IMG/VR virus record: IMGVR_UViG_3300045988_184146
Source of the DNA: a virus
Strand: one strand, 5' to 3'
DNA length: 64,000 nucleotides
The position numbers were made by a program, and so were the translations under genes. Below are positions 18,827-28,530 of this stretch, piece after piece; position 1 is the stretch's first letter; each line of letters begins with the position of its first letter. The notes under the pieces were generated by a model. The model was not told the DNA's origin. It saw only the letters and a list, made by a program, of their open reading frames with translations, and made no database searches.

Positions 18827-20311
18827 TTGGACTTAGGTATTATTTTTTGGATTATTGGGGGATTAGTTGGATTCCTTGTGCTCTTGTCATTGTTTTACGC
18901 AGGGTACGTGATTGCACCACCAAACCAGGCAGTTGTTATTACTGGTGGAGGGAAACAGCGTGTGCTTCTTGGTGAAGCAGGTTGGATGATTCCGTTTCTA
19001 TCTACACGAAATTACATCTCTGTAGAGCAATTTAAAACTGATGTAAAAACATCAAACTTTGTTCCTACGAAAGATTTTATCAACGTTAAAGCTGACGCAG
19101 CAGTAACTCTTAAGATCGGAACATCAAAAGAAATGCTTGCCGCAGCTGCTGAAAACTTCTTGAACTGGAATACGGAAGATATTTCTGCACAAGTAACAGA
19201 CGTTCTTGAAGGTAATCTTCGTGAAATTATCGGCCAGATGAACTTGCGTGAAATGGTAAATAACCGTCAAGAATTTGCTGGTAAAGTACAAGAAAATGTT
19301 AGTCCCGACCTTGCCAAGATGGGTATTGAAGTTATCGCCTTTACAGTTCAAAGTTTCGAAGATCAAAACAACGTAATTCTAGACCTCGGTGTTGATAATA
19401 TTGTTGCGATCAAGAAAGACGCTGCGATTGCACGTGCTATTGCAGAGCGTGAAGAAAAAGAAACTAAAGCTGAACAAGACCGTCTCGCTAATGAGGCACG
19501 TGTCACAGCTGACCTTGAAATTTCTAAACGTCAAAATGAACTAAAAATCAAGCAAGCAGAACTTCAAGCGGTATCAGACGCAGAAATTGCTAAGAGTGCC
19601 GCAGTTCTTGAGATTGAAACAGAGCGCCAACGTAAAACTATCGAGTTCGAGCGTTCACAAGCTGATATCACGAAACAAGAACAAGAAGCGATTATCGCCC
19701 AAAAAGGCGTTGAAGTTCAACGTCAATATTTAGCTGCCGAAGTTGAAGCTGCTGCCGACGCAGAAAAATACAAACGTGAACGTGAAGCTGAAGCACAACT
19801 TGCACTTAGTCAACGTGAAGCTGAAGCTCAATTGTACCGTGTACAAAAAGAAGCTGAAGCTCAAGAACGCCGTGCTGAATCTAATCGCCGTCAAGCTGAA
19901 GAAGAAGCTAAAGGTATTGAAGCTAAAGGTCGTGCTGAAGCGGAAGCCATTCGTCTTCGTCTAGAAGCTGAAGCTGAAGGTTTAGAGAAGAAAGCAGAAG
20001 CCCTTGCTAAAATGGATCAGGCTGGTATTGCTCAAATGTACTTCGAGGTTCTTCCTCAAGTTGTTGCAGCGGCAACTCAACCACTTGCTAACGTTGATAG
20101 TATCACAATGTACGGAGAAGGTAACAACTCTAAGATGATTGGTGATATTATGACAAGTATCAGCACCATCAACGAAGGTTCTGGAATGGACATCCGACAA
20201 CTTCTAAGTGGATTGGTTGGAGCCAACATCACTGGAAATGCGATTGGAAGACAAATCAAATCTGCAACAGTTGAAGAAGTTCCAGCAACTCCTGAAGTTG
20301 TTTCAGAATAG
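18827..20311 (+). CDS. flotillin-like SPFH/band-7 membrane protein
   Basis: N-terminal TM, SPFH core, long Ala/Glu-rich coiled coil (AEAEAQ repeats) typical of bacterial flotillins. Confidence 0.85.
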   Translation: MDLGIIFWIIGGLVGFLVLLSLFYAGYVIAPPNQAVVITGGGKQRVLLGEAGWMIPFLSTRNYISVEQFKTDVKTSNFVPTKDFINVKADAAVTLKIGTSKEMLAAAAENFLNWNTEDISAQVTDVLEGNLREIIGQMNLREMVNNRQEFAGKVQENVSPDLAKMGIEVIAFTVQSFEDQNNVILDLGVDNIVAIKKDAAIARAIAEREEKETKAEQDRLANEARVTADLEISKRQNELKIKQAELQAVSDAEIAKSAAVLEIETERQRKTIEFERSQADITKQEQEAIIAQKGVEVQRQYLAAEVEAAADAEKYKREREAEAQLALSQREAEAQLYRVQKEAEAQERRAESNRRQAEEEAKGIEAKGRAEAEAIRLRLEAEAEGLEKKAEALAKMDQAGIAQMYFEVLPQVVAAATQPLANVDSITMYGEGNNSKMIGDIMTSISTINEGSGMDIRQLLSGLVGANITGNAIGRQIKSATVEEVPATPEVVSE

Positions 20312-20398
20312 TAGAATTAAGAGAATCCAAACGGGTTCTCTTTTTTTCTCTTATAATTGAAGAAAATAAGTTTAATACTTTTAGAAAGAAGGAAAATA

Positions 20399-21646
20399 AT
20401 GGTAAAAAACACAAAGGATAATAGCTTTTTTATCCTAAATCAAGCAGAAAAAGCCATCGATGATTGCAAATTTATTTTTAGTGACTTAGAGTTTTTGAAG
20501 GATGATTCAGACACTGATTTGGTTTCTATACATTATTCTCGATCTTTAAACTCTTATTTGTTTCGTAGTGAGAATAAACCATATCGTCAATTTATTGACA
20601 ACTTCACAAGATTCAATTCTGACTGCACATCTCTGGGCATACACTTGAATCTTAAATTTTTAGTTGATTATCAAATTGATAAAAAGAAAGATATTTTAAA
20701 TAAACTTTTAAGAAAGATGTTAAAATATTTCACTTTAAACCAATTAACAAAAGATATTATAGAAGCTATTCAATTAGAGTCTGATATAGATAATTTAGAA
20801 TTTTATGTTTCACGATATACAGATTCTATTTATGTAGATAACGACGATGAACTTTTAGAAGCCATCTCTAAAAAAAGTAATGATTTTTTGGATCAGTTGA
20901 GAGATTGGAGCGATGAAAAACATTACTATTTCTCCGATTATTTAAAACTATTGCACAACAAAGAAGAATTAGAAAAAAACAATCTCTTTGTTGACGAAGA
21001 ATATTTAAAATGGGTCGAGAAAATTTCTATCGAAGATATTGAAAAAAATTTATCTAGAATAATCTACCATAATTATTCCCCACAAGATTGGATAAAATAT
21101 GAGAACGGAATTAAGCTTTTATCAAAAGATTATATTTCAAATAATATCTTGAAACCGGAATATGCAAACAAGATTAAGTTAGATTATGGTTTGGTTCAGT
21201 TGATATACAAGTATCACGGATTCGAATGTGCGCCGGATGAGTTTTGGAAAAATTTTCAAACAAAACGACAACGAGCCTTTGTTCACGACTTTTATTTTTA
21301 CAATTATGAAGATAAAAATGATTTCATTGATATGATTGTGGATATTGAGAATGAATTTGGTGTAAAAAAACAAATTACTCTTAACACTCTGGAATTTAGA
21401 GAATTATCGAAGGCTAAAGTTGAAGATAGTAGGAGTTATTTTATGACTCGTCTTGTATCAGTGATGGATACCGCAATTCTACTCGAAAGCGAAAAGTTCT
21501 TTGATATGATTCAGGGGAGCAATCGATTATTTAATTTCCTATCTGAATTTTATATAGCAATGGAGGAATACGATTCTTTAATTGTTAAAGATGAGAATTA
21601 CAATAAGATTATCAACGCAATCGAGGCTTTATCTAATTTGAAATAA
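20399..21646 (+). CDS. hypothetical protein (415 aa)
   Basis: start at ATG after module + SD rather than upstream in-frame ATG. Confidence 0.8.
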   Translation: MVKNTKDNSFFILNQAEKAIDDCKFIFSDLEFLKDDSDTDLVSIHYSRSLNSYLFRSENKPYRQFIDNFTRFNSDCTSLGIHLNLKFLVDYQIDKKKDILNKLLRKMLKYFTLNQLTKDIIEAIQLESDIDNLEFYVSRYTDSIYVDNDDELLEAISKKSNDFLDQLRDWSDEKHYYFSDYLKLLHNKEELEKNNLFVDEEYLKWVEKISIEDIEKNLSRIIYHNYSPQDWIKYENGIKLLSKDYISNNILKPEYANKIKLDYGLVQLIYKYHGFECAPDEFWKNFQTKRQRAFVHDFYFYNYEDKNDFIDMIVDIENEFGVKKQITLNTLEFRELSKAKVEDSRSYFMTRLVSVMDTAILLESEKFFDMIQGSNRLFNFLSEFYIAMEEYDSLIVKDENYNKIINAIEALSNLK

Positions 21647-21686
21647 AAAAAAAGAAAAGGGGCAAAACCTCTTTTCTTTTTGTGTT

Positions 21687-22592
21687 TCAGACAAATACCA
21701 CCATCGCCTTGTAGCAATCCGGTTTGTCCGGGAAGCGAACTAATGACACCTCCTTGTTTGTAATCCTTCGTGTGCTAAACTTGATATTTTCAAAGCTACT
21801 CTCATCTAAGTAAACGACGTAGAGTCGGTTACAGATATCACCCTTTTCAAGTCGGTAAACATCTTGATTTTCAAATAGACTTTGTGCAAGTTTATTTGGA
21901 TTTTTTCGTGCCGCCTTTACAGCCTCATCGTGCGATTCATAATCCTTTTCAAACATAGCTCCGAGGCTACGGGAAACCTTTTGGTCGTATGGTACGCCAT
22001 CAACAAAATAGTCCAAACCAGCACTATGCTTCAGCGTTGGGAACACTTCCGAATTATTTTTAAAAATCTCATACTCGATAAAATCATTTCGTAGTGCGTT
22101 GAAGTGCGTTACGCTAAGTTGATTAAGTGCCATATCCACTACTAGTTTCTCACGTGTTCGGCGAGAAATACAGTAACGGCGATTAATTTGCTGAATGGTT
22201 TGATCCAAGTTTCCTTGACGATTGGCCCAGAAATTATCCTGTTGCGATTCCAAACGATAATTTCGCTCTGCCGTTCGATACTGATTGTACTTGTCATACT
22301 TGTACTTGCCGTTGGGCAATACTGTCATCAGTTCATTTCGTGCGAACTGGAGTGCAATATTGTAGTCCCAATGTTCGATAATGATATCGTATGCTTTAGC
22401 TTTCGGAATCCGAAACAGACCCTTATTCTTTCCAGTTTTTAGTTTATAAGGTTCCTGATCGCCACCGGCAAGAATAAACAACTTTTCAGCCAAATCCTTT
22501 GCAGTTTCAGTTGTAAAAATCTTTTTAACTGTGTATCGATTGATTTCTTTCTTAATATTCTGGGACAGTTTCTTCTCTTCTGTTTTACTCAT
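21687..22592 (-). CDS. hypothetical protein (301 aa), translationally coupled to upstream Toprim gene (8-nt overlap)
   Basis: ATG embedded in GATGAGTAA stop of upstream gene. Confidence 0.7.
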   Translation of the reverse strand: MSKTEEKKLSQNIKKEINRYTVKKIFTTETAKDLAEKLFILAGGDQEPYKLKTGKNKGLFRIPKAKAYDIIIEHWDYNIALQFARNELMTVLPNGKYKYDKYNQYRTAERNYRLESQQDNFWANRQGNLDQTIQQINRRYCISRRTREKLVVDMALNQLSVTHFNALRNDFIEYEIFKNNSEVFPTLKHSAGLDYFVDGVPYDQKVSRSLGAMFEKDYESHDEAVKAARKNPNKLAQSLFENQDVYRLEKGDICNRLYVVYLDESSFENIKFSTRRITNKEVSLVRFPDKPDCYKAMVVFV

Positions 22593-23574
22593 CAGAATCA
22601 CTTCCCTTCTTAATCAATTTAAGCAAATCATTCCAATCTTTAACTGGTACAGTTCGTGAATCCGGTTTTTCTCTGATAGCTCCAGAAAAATGTTCCTTAA
22701 ACAAATCATAAGCACCATTACCCGCTTCATCATTATCAGTTGCGATGATTAGCTGTAATTCCTTAAGATTCAAACCAAATCCAGTAGTTAGTTGTTCGAT
22801 GATTCGTTCAACCTTTGTTAATGATCCACCGATTGCAACATACATAGTTTTAGATTCGGATTTTGGAATATTGTAAGGAATCTTATCTCGTACAGAATCA
22901 GAATATCCGATTAGTTCCACATAGGATAATAGATCGATAACACCCTCGCAAAAGACAATCCGCTCTACATCTTTAAGAGAATTACAGTCCTTTCCAAGGA
23001 TATAAAAGAACCCTTTAGATCCCGGCATATTTAATCGAATACGATTACCATCTTTGTCAGGATGTGTCCCGATAACCTCAGCTCCGATACGATGTCCGTC
23101 CTTATCCAGTTGCAAAAAGACTAAGTTTCCAGAGGCGTTTTCTAAAATAAGTCCTCGTTTGAATACAACATCTACCAACATCTCGTTTAGTTTACGTTCA
23201 TCAATCAGATACTCCTTAGTTTGCCAAGCGTTCGGGTCATACACAATCTCGTCGAAGTTAGAATCTTCTGCAATTTTCAGATCAACTTCTTTAAGTTTGT
23301 AAGACTTTCCGTTTGTCTTTCCGCCTAAGAAATTAAGCGCTGCTTTTTTGTCAACGATTCCCTGTTTCATCAAATAGGTCACAAGAGTATCGACCCCACG
23401 GCCACCTTCTTTTGTTGACCATCGGAACCAAGCGTCTTTGTATTCACCTTCAAGAGTGATTTGAAGTGAGTCGTGATCAACTAACTGAGCATTTCGTCCT
23501 TTCACAATATACGGAACTCCAAGGATGTCAAGTGCTGCTAGTGTTTTTGAAAATACTTTCTTTGTTTTTACCAT
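22585..23574 (-). CDS. Toprim-domain protein, primase-like (plasmid/phage/ICE-type)
   Basis: Toprim signature: acidic Glu in IVFCEGVIDL and DxD in IIATDNDEAGNG; start at MVKTKKVF with AGAAAGAGGG SD and module hairpin GAGTGTATACCGCACTC. Confidence 0.7.
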   Translation of the reverse strand: MVKTKKVFSKTLAALDILGVPYIVKGRNAQLVDHDSLQITLEGEYKDAWFRWSTKEGGRGVDTLVTYLMKQGIVDKKAALNFLGGKTNGKSYKLKEVDLKIAEDSNFDEIVYDPNAWQTKEYLIDERKLNEMLVDVVFKRGLILENASGNLVFLQLDKDGHRIGAEVIGTHPDKDGNRIRLNMPGSKGFFYILGKDCNSLKDVERIVFCEGVIDLLSYVELIGYSDSVRDKIPYNIPKSESKTMYVAIGGSLTKVERIIEQLTTGFGLNLKELQLIIATDNDEAGNGAYDLFKEHFSGAIREKPDSRTVPVKDWNDLLKLIKKGSDSDE

Positions 23575-23704
23575 TTTATTCCCTCTTTCTAGAGTGCGGT
23601 ATACACTCAATATCAATATTTTTAAAATTATAGAAGAATAAACAAGACTGTTATAATTAAAGAAAAAAATAGTAACTTTAAAAGTTACAGAAAGAAGGTA
23701 AATA

Positions 23705-25258
23705 ATGAAAGAAACTAAAAATAGCGTTTTGTCTCGATATCTCCAGCATATTAGAGATTTAGTCGTAATGTTAGGCAATACAAGCGATTGGGAATTTGTT
23801 ATTGGCGATATCGATGTTATTGATGATGGCAGCAAGAAAAAGCTATACTTCATTAATGAAAAATCAAAAAAAATTGAAATCGCAAACGCAAAAATTTACA
23901 ATCATAAGTATAAACCTGACAGTTTAGAATCTTTATCCACTGGTTTGAGTATTGTTGCTGATTTATCTGGCAATAATGACAAAAATAGTCGAATTGTTAA
24001 ATTAAAGAATATTTTAATTGATGAATTATCAATTATTAATGATGATGGTACGAAATTTAACAATGAAGGATTGAATAAGCAGTATAGCACGATCAGTAAC
24101 GAAATCAAGTATATTGACTATGTTACTAATTTTCACTCGATTGATTCTATCATCAAAACGGAAGACACATCGGGGCTTGAAAAAATCCTAGTAGACAAAC
24201 TAAAGGGTGTTTTGGTTTCATCTCCAGCCACCTCTTGGGATAATATTTTAAAAATACAAAAAAATGAACACGAAATTAATTACAGTGCTAAGGTTCTACT
24301 ATCATTCTTTGGTAAGGATGTAATTATCAACTCTATTCGTGAATATTTCAAAATCGATTTTGTCGATGGCGTTCGTTATAGAGAGAATAATACTGTTTAT
24401 ATTTTAAAATATGTTAAGTCCTTCTGTCAATTTGAAAAGAATCACCGAGATGAGTTTGAAGAACTTTTGGATTTTTGCTTCTATAAATACGCAGGTTTTC
24501 TAATTTCAGATTCAAACATCGAAGATGATAAGTACCTCCGATTTAATGCAGAATTAATTAGATTGTTGAATTTTGTCGAATTTAAACCAAATTCAATGTA
24601 CGGAGCTGGTGAAGAATTTTTGAATGATTTGATCGGTAGACTGGTATTGGCAATTAAAAAAGTTTTCATCGAAAAGGATAAACCTATCTGTTTATTCCAG
24701 GATTTTTCGGGTGAATTGTCCAATGATTGGGCCCACAAGTACACCGGTTATCATTCGACCTCGACACTTGACGATTTAAGAAAAACGATTGATAGTCTGA
24801 AAATTTATAATAAATTTTTAGAAAAACTTATCGAAATCAAGGATGATGTTAAGTTTGCTTACAAGAACTTCTCGTTAATAGATATTTTTGTTCCGAAAAC
24901 TTTTGGTAGAAGTTCAGGAGAGGGATTGTTAAAAATCAATAATGAGCTCCGTTTCTATTCTGAATCAGAAACATCCAAGAATTTCTTGCTAGAACACCAA
25001 AAGTCTTGTGAATTATTCTCTCAATTAGTTTCAGAAGATTCCATCGATCTTCAAATATACAAAATGGATATTGAATTTCTGATTAAAAAGATGGAACTTA
25101 TGGCAAAATCTGATTATGGAAAATTAGAACCTAAAGTGGAATTTTCTAAAATTTTAGATGATTCAACATTTTCTTTGGATGACGAGGAGGAACTTGACTG
25201 GTCTGATGATTATTGGATGGTTAAGGATGATTCGACATTCAAAAAGATCACCTTTTAA
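23705..25258 (+). CDS. hypothetical protein, large acidic family (paralogue of 2106..3629)
   Basis: 517 aa; module upstream; terminator downstream. Confidence 0.8.
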   Translation: MKETKNSVLSRYLQHIRDLVVMLGNTSDWEFVIGDIDVIDDGSKKKLYFINEKSKKIEIANAKIYNHKYKPDSLESLSTGLSIVADLSGNNDKNSRIVKLKNILIDELSIINDDGTKFNNEGLNKQYSTISNEIKYIDYVTNFHSIDSIIKTEDTSGLEKILVDKLKGVLVSSPATSWDNILKIQKNEHEINYSAKVLLSFFGKDVIINSIREYFKIDFVDGVRYRENNTVYILKYVKSFCQFEKNHRDEFEELLDFCFYKYAGFLISDSNIEDDKYLRFNAELIRLLNFVEFKPNSMYGAGEEFLNDLIGRLVLAIKKVFIEKDKPICLFQDFSGELSNDWAHKYTGYHSTSTLDDLRKTIDSLKIYNKFLEKLIEIKDDVKFAYKNFSLIDIFVPKTFGRSSGEGLLKINNELRFYSESETSKNFLLEHQKSCELFSQLVSEDSIDLQIYKMDIEFLIKKMELMAKSDYGKLEPKVEFSKILDDSTFSLDDEEELDWSDDYWMVKDDSTFKKITF

Positions 25259-25291
25259 AACAAAAAACAGCTGTTAAGCTGTTTTTTTTAT

Positions 25292-26587
25292 TTAGATAAA
25301 ATTCTTCTTTTCCAAGAATTTCAAACCATCAATAATGTTGTTAATAGATTTTATTTTTTTACTTAAAATAGATCTATTTTTCTTGTCCTTGATTTGCTGT
25401 TCTATCGATTTATCTTTATCAACTAAATTATTGATACCTTTATAAATTTTTAGAAAAATATAATAATTCAAAAGTTCTTTTGAACAGATTACTTTATCAA
25501 CCTCTCCAAAAATTGGAACATAAAAATCCTCTATTTTTCTATCCGATAAATAAGCGAGCTCTTCTGAAAGACCTTTTATTTCCAGGATACCTTCTTCAAT
25601 AAATTCAGTCCAAAGTCCCACGTCAATATTTTTATTGTATTCGGTTATTTTTTCGTAAATAAAATCATTCTCTTTGTCGTAATGATTTTGTAGGCAAAAG
25701 TCTAGAATAAATTTAAATTGATTTTTCTTAAACAAATCTAGATAGTATTTATCATCTAAAAAATAAACAGATAGATAATCAACAAAAAGAGAAAAATTGA
25801 ATGCGTTGAGTGTTGGAGTTGAACCCTTTCTCTTGTGATAATCAATAAATTTATTTAAAAAATTGCAAACATCATCTCTTGTCTCAAATAAATCCATCAA
25901 GATTCCATCAATAACAAGTTCATCGATTGGATATCCAATTTTACAGAAAAACGAATCCCAATTTTTTTCATTTTGTAACAATTCTAATGTCAATCCTGTT
26001 AAGGAGAAGTTTTTTGTTTCAGCATTATTATAATACCAACTGAGAGCTCCGTAAAATTCCTCTGAGCACTCATCCAAGAAAAATTTTGCAAAATGATCTA
26101 CAAATTTTATCCGGATATCCTCATTGTAGGGATATTTAGAATTTTCTTCGTCTGATAAGGGAATTATATTTAAAATCTTCATACGCTTTTTATTACCCTC
26201 ATCACCTTGGGATGAGTTTTTAAAAATATTCATCAGATTAAATGCGTGCTCATCAACAACAGGATTTAATGATGTTGCACGATTCCGCAACTCAATACGA
26301 AGAGTTTCAATGGATACGTGATCGCTACAAGATAAAATATCATTCAGACTGTTCCCGTAAGAAACTGCAACAAATCTATCAAGTGGGTAATCAAAACTCT
26401 TTGATGTTAGGTAGAAATTATTGTCTACAAAACAAAACAAAATGATTGGTGAGTTTCCGCCAACGCCAGCCTCTACTATCGATTTTGGGAAGAGATTTTC
26501 TGTTGGTAGCAATAATTTTGCACCGTTATTAACAGCGTCAAGAACCATCTTGTCTATTTCCAACCGAAAATTTCCTGTTTCTTTCAT
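25292..26587 (-). CDS. hypothetical protein, family with 32867..34108 and 36106..36447 (shared N-terminal domain)
   Basis: 431 aa; its promoter module directly abuts the left end of IS copy 1. Confidence 0.8.
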   Translation of the reverse strand: MKETGNFRLEIDKMVLDAVNNGAKLLLPTENLFPKSIVEAGVGGNSPIILFCFVDNNFYLTSKSFDYPLDRFVAVSYGNSLNDILSCSDHVSIETLRIELRNRATSLNPVVDEHAFNLMNIFKNSSQGDEGNKKRMKILNIIPLSDEENSKYPYNEDIRIKFVDHFAKFFLDECSEEFYGALSWYYNNAETKNFSLTGLTLELLQNEKNWDSFFCKIGYPIDELVIDGILMDLFETRDDVCNFLNKFIDYHKRKGSTPTLNAFNFSLFVDYLSVYFLDDKYYLDLFKKNQFKFILDFCLQNHYDKENDFIYEKITEYNKNIDVGLWTEFIEEGILEIKGLSEELAYLSDRKIEDFYVPIFGEVDKVICSKELLNYYIFLKIYKGINNLVDKDKSIEQQIKDKKNRSILSKKIKSINNIIDGLKFLEKKNFI

Positions 26588-26658
26588 TTTAATACCTTCT
26601 TTCTACTGAAATAAATTCAGATTTATTATTTCTTAAATTATAAAAGTAAATTCAATTC

Positions 26659-28225
26659 TATTATTTATATTTTTATTTATTTTTGTATATTTTTAATTCA
26701 ATTTTTGAATCGAATTTGTTATTTTAACTATTTTATGATATAATAAGTTAATAAATAAAAATTAGAAAAGGAGGTAGTGGTGAGACAGGTAGAAAGACAT
26801 TTAATTAAACCTGGCAATGGTTTATACACAATTTGTGATGATTTAACATTTAAATCTAAAAATCTTTATAACGCTGGATTGTATCAAATTCGCCAATCCA
26901 TATTCGAACGAAACAAGTATGATAAGGAAAATAAAAAACCAGTACTAAGCTGGTCACAATTAGTTTCTGAATTTAGAAAACAAGATCAGACCGATATGAA
27001 AGCATTACCATCTAAGGTTTCAACTAATATCATAAAAATGTTAGGCGGAAATATCAGCTCGTATTATCAGCTTTTGAAAGGTTATAATGATAAGTCCAAT
27101 AGGAAAATAGCGAATAAGCCAAAGATTCCGGGATATTTACACAAAAAAGATGGTCGTTATGTAGTTGAGTTCACAAACCAAACTTTCGCTAAAAAACGTG
27201 GCGAAAATAACGAACTTATCTTATGCCCAAAGGATCTGAGAATCTCAATTCCAACAAAAGTTGATAACCCAAAATGTGTCAAGATAATTCCTAAAAATGG
27301 TTATTTTTTTATTGATGTTATTTACGAGGTTAAAGAAAAGTCTTTGAGAAAGACTCAAAAATACGCCTCAATTGACCTCGGGGTTGATAATTTAGCTTCG
27401 GTTACATTTTCTGATGGAACTAACCCACTTTTAGTTAAGGGTTTGAAGGTTAAACATATCAATCAAGGATACAACCGTCTAATAGCAAAATCTCAATCAA
27501 AATTACCAAAAAATCAAAAAACAAGTAAGCACATCCACCGTCTTTTTAGAAATCGTGAGATGAAATTGCAATCAGAATTTCATAAAATTACAGGATTTCT
27601 AGCAGAATTTTTCGACGAGATGGCACTTGAAAAGGTTTTTGTTGGTAAGAATGTTGGTTTGAAGTCCGGTATTTCTATAGGGAGAAGAGGAAATCAAAAT
27701 TTTGTCCAAATTCCATATAATAAATTCATCTCTCAACTTAAGTACAAGTGTCAGTTGCGAGGAATAGAAGTTGTAGAACAGGAGGAGTCTTATACATCCA
27801 AGGCTAGTTTTATAGACTGTGATGTTATCCCTGTTTGGAAAAACGATGGCAAAAAGTATAAGTTTTCAGGAGTACGTGAGAAAAGAGGTTTGTATAAAAC
27901 TAAAAGCGGGAAACTTATTAATGCTGATGTTAACGGTTCTTACAATATCCTAGTTAAAGGTTTGAATAATTTAGGTATCAATTTAAAAAGAGATAAGGTG
28001 TCATTCCACACGAGAAGTTTGACTGGTTATAATATCTTGTCTAATAAAAAGTTAATAGAAAAATACACGTAAACCTGTATTTGGTATTTACCAAAGAGGG
28101 CTTATAGAGGTGTTGTAGGACGCCTTTAGCAAAATCAATAAATCAAATTTTATTGTAGTATGTTAAGAATTAAATGATACAGATTATAACAATTTATACA
28201 TTTGTATAAACCATTTAAACCTATA
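26659..28225 (+). mobile_element. IS200/IS605-family, tnpA-less TnpB element, copy 1 (about 1.57 kb)
   Basis: boundaries from where the two copies stop being alignable (left after AATTC; right after AAACCTATA). Confidence 0.7.
26780..28072 (+). CDS. tnpB: TnpB (OrfB) RNA-guided endonuclease-like transposon protein
   Basis: RuvC-I ASIDLGVDN, C-terminal NADVNGSYNI RuvC-III motif, zinc-finger region; GTG start (ATG in copy 2). Confidence 0.9.
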   Translation: MRQVERHLIKPGNGLYTICDDLTFKSKNLYNAGLYQIRQSIFERNKYDKENKKPVLSWSQLVSEFRKQDQTDMKALPSKVSTNIIKMLGGNISSYYQLLKGYNDKSNRKIANKPKIPGYLHKKDGRYVVEFTNQTFAKKRGENNELILCPKDLRISIPTKVDNPKCVKIIPKNGYFFIDVIYEVKEKSLRKTQKYASIDLGVDNLASVTFSDGTNPLLVKGLKVKHINQGYNRLIAKSQSKLPKNQKTSKHIHRLFRNREMKLQSEFHKITGFLAEFFDEMALEKVFVGKNVGLKSGISIGRRGNQNFVQIPYNKFISQLKYKCQLRGIEVVEQEESYTSKASFIDCDVIPVWKNDGKKYKFSGVREKRGLYKTKSGKLINADVNGSYNILVKGLNNLGINLKRDKVSFHTRSLTGYNILSNKKLIEKYT

Positions 28226-28245
28226 CGTTAATGAAATTCTTATCT
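28073..28245 (+). ncRNA. probable right-end/omega-RNA (reRNA) region of the TnpB element
   Basis: about 150 nt conserved between copies downstream of tnpB stop, diverging exactly at the element boundary. Confidence 0.3.
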
Positions 28246-28256
28246 GAGAATTTTAA

Positions 28257-28424
28257 AAAATCTATGATGAATTTATTGGCTTCTTAACAGAAGAAGACGG
28301 TGGTGATTACCAAAAAGCATTTGAGTTTTTCAAATACGGTGTCGAAAATGGAACGTTATCTAACTTTACTAACACAAAATACTTATCTGATTTCATCATC
28401 AAGATGGCGGATCATCTTAAAAAG
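28257..28424 (+). pseudogene. start-less C-terminal gene remnant (56 codons, ..EFIGFLTEEDGGDYQKAFEFFKYG..) abutting IS right end
   Basis: open frame begins at a stop immediately after the IS boundary; higher GC; weak similarity to the remnant next to copy 2. Confidence 0.3.
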
Positions 28425-28470
28425 TAAAAGGAAAGCCTTTTACTTTTTTATTTCAAGGACGCATACTTTT

Positions 28471-28530
28471 GCTATTATAATTTAAGAAATAATAATTCTG
28501 AATTTAATTCAGTTAGAAAGAAGGAAAATA
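28471..28530 (+). promoter_or_regulatory. expression module exemplar: TATAATTTAAGAAA (28476), hairpin CTGAATTTAATTCAG (28498..28512), SD, ATG 28531
   Basis: conserved architecture. Confidence 0.6.

Noticed and set aside
28300-28485. 61-aa ORF downstream of IS copy 1
   Set aside because: The wrong frame relative to the conserved gene remnant (28257..28424). It runs through the next gene's promoter module.
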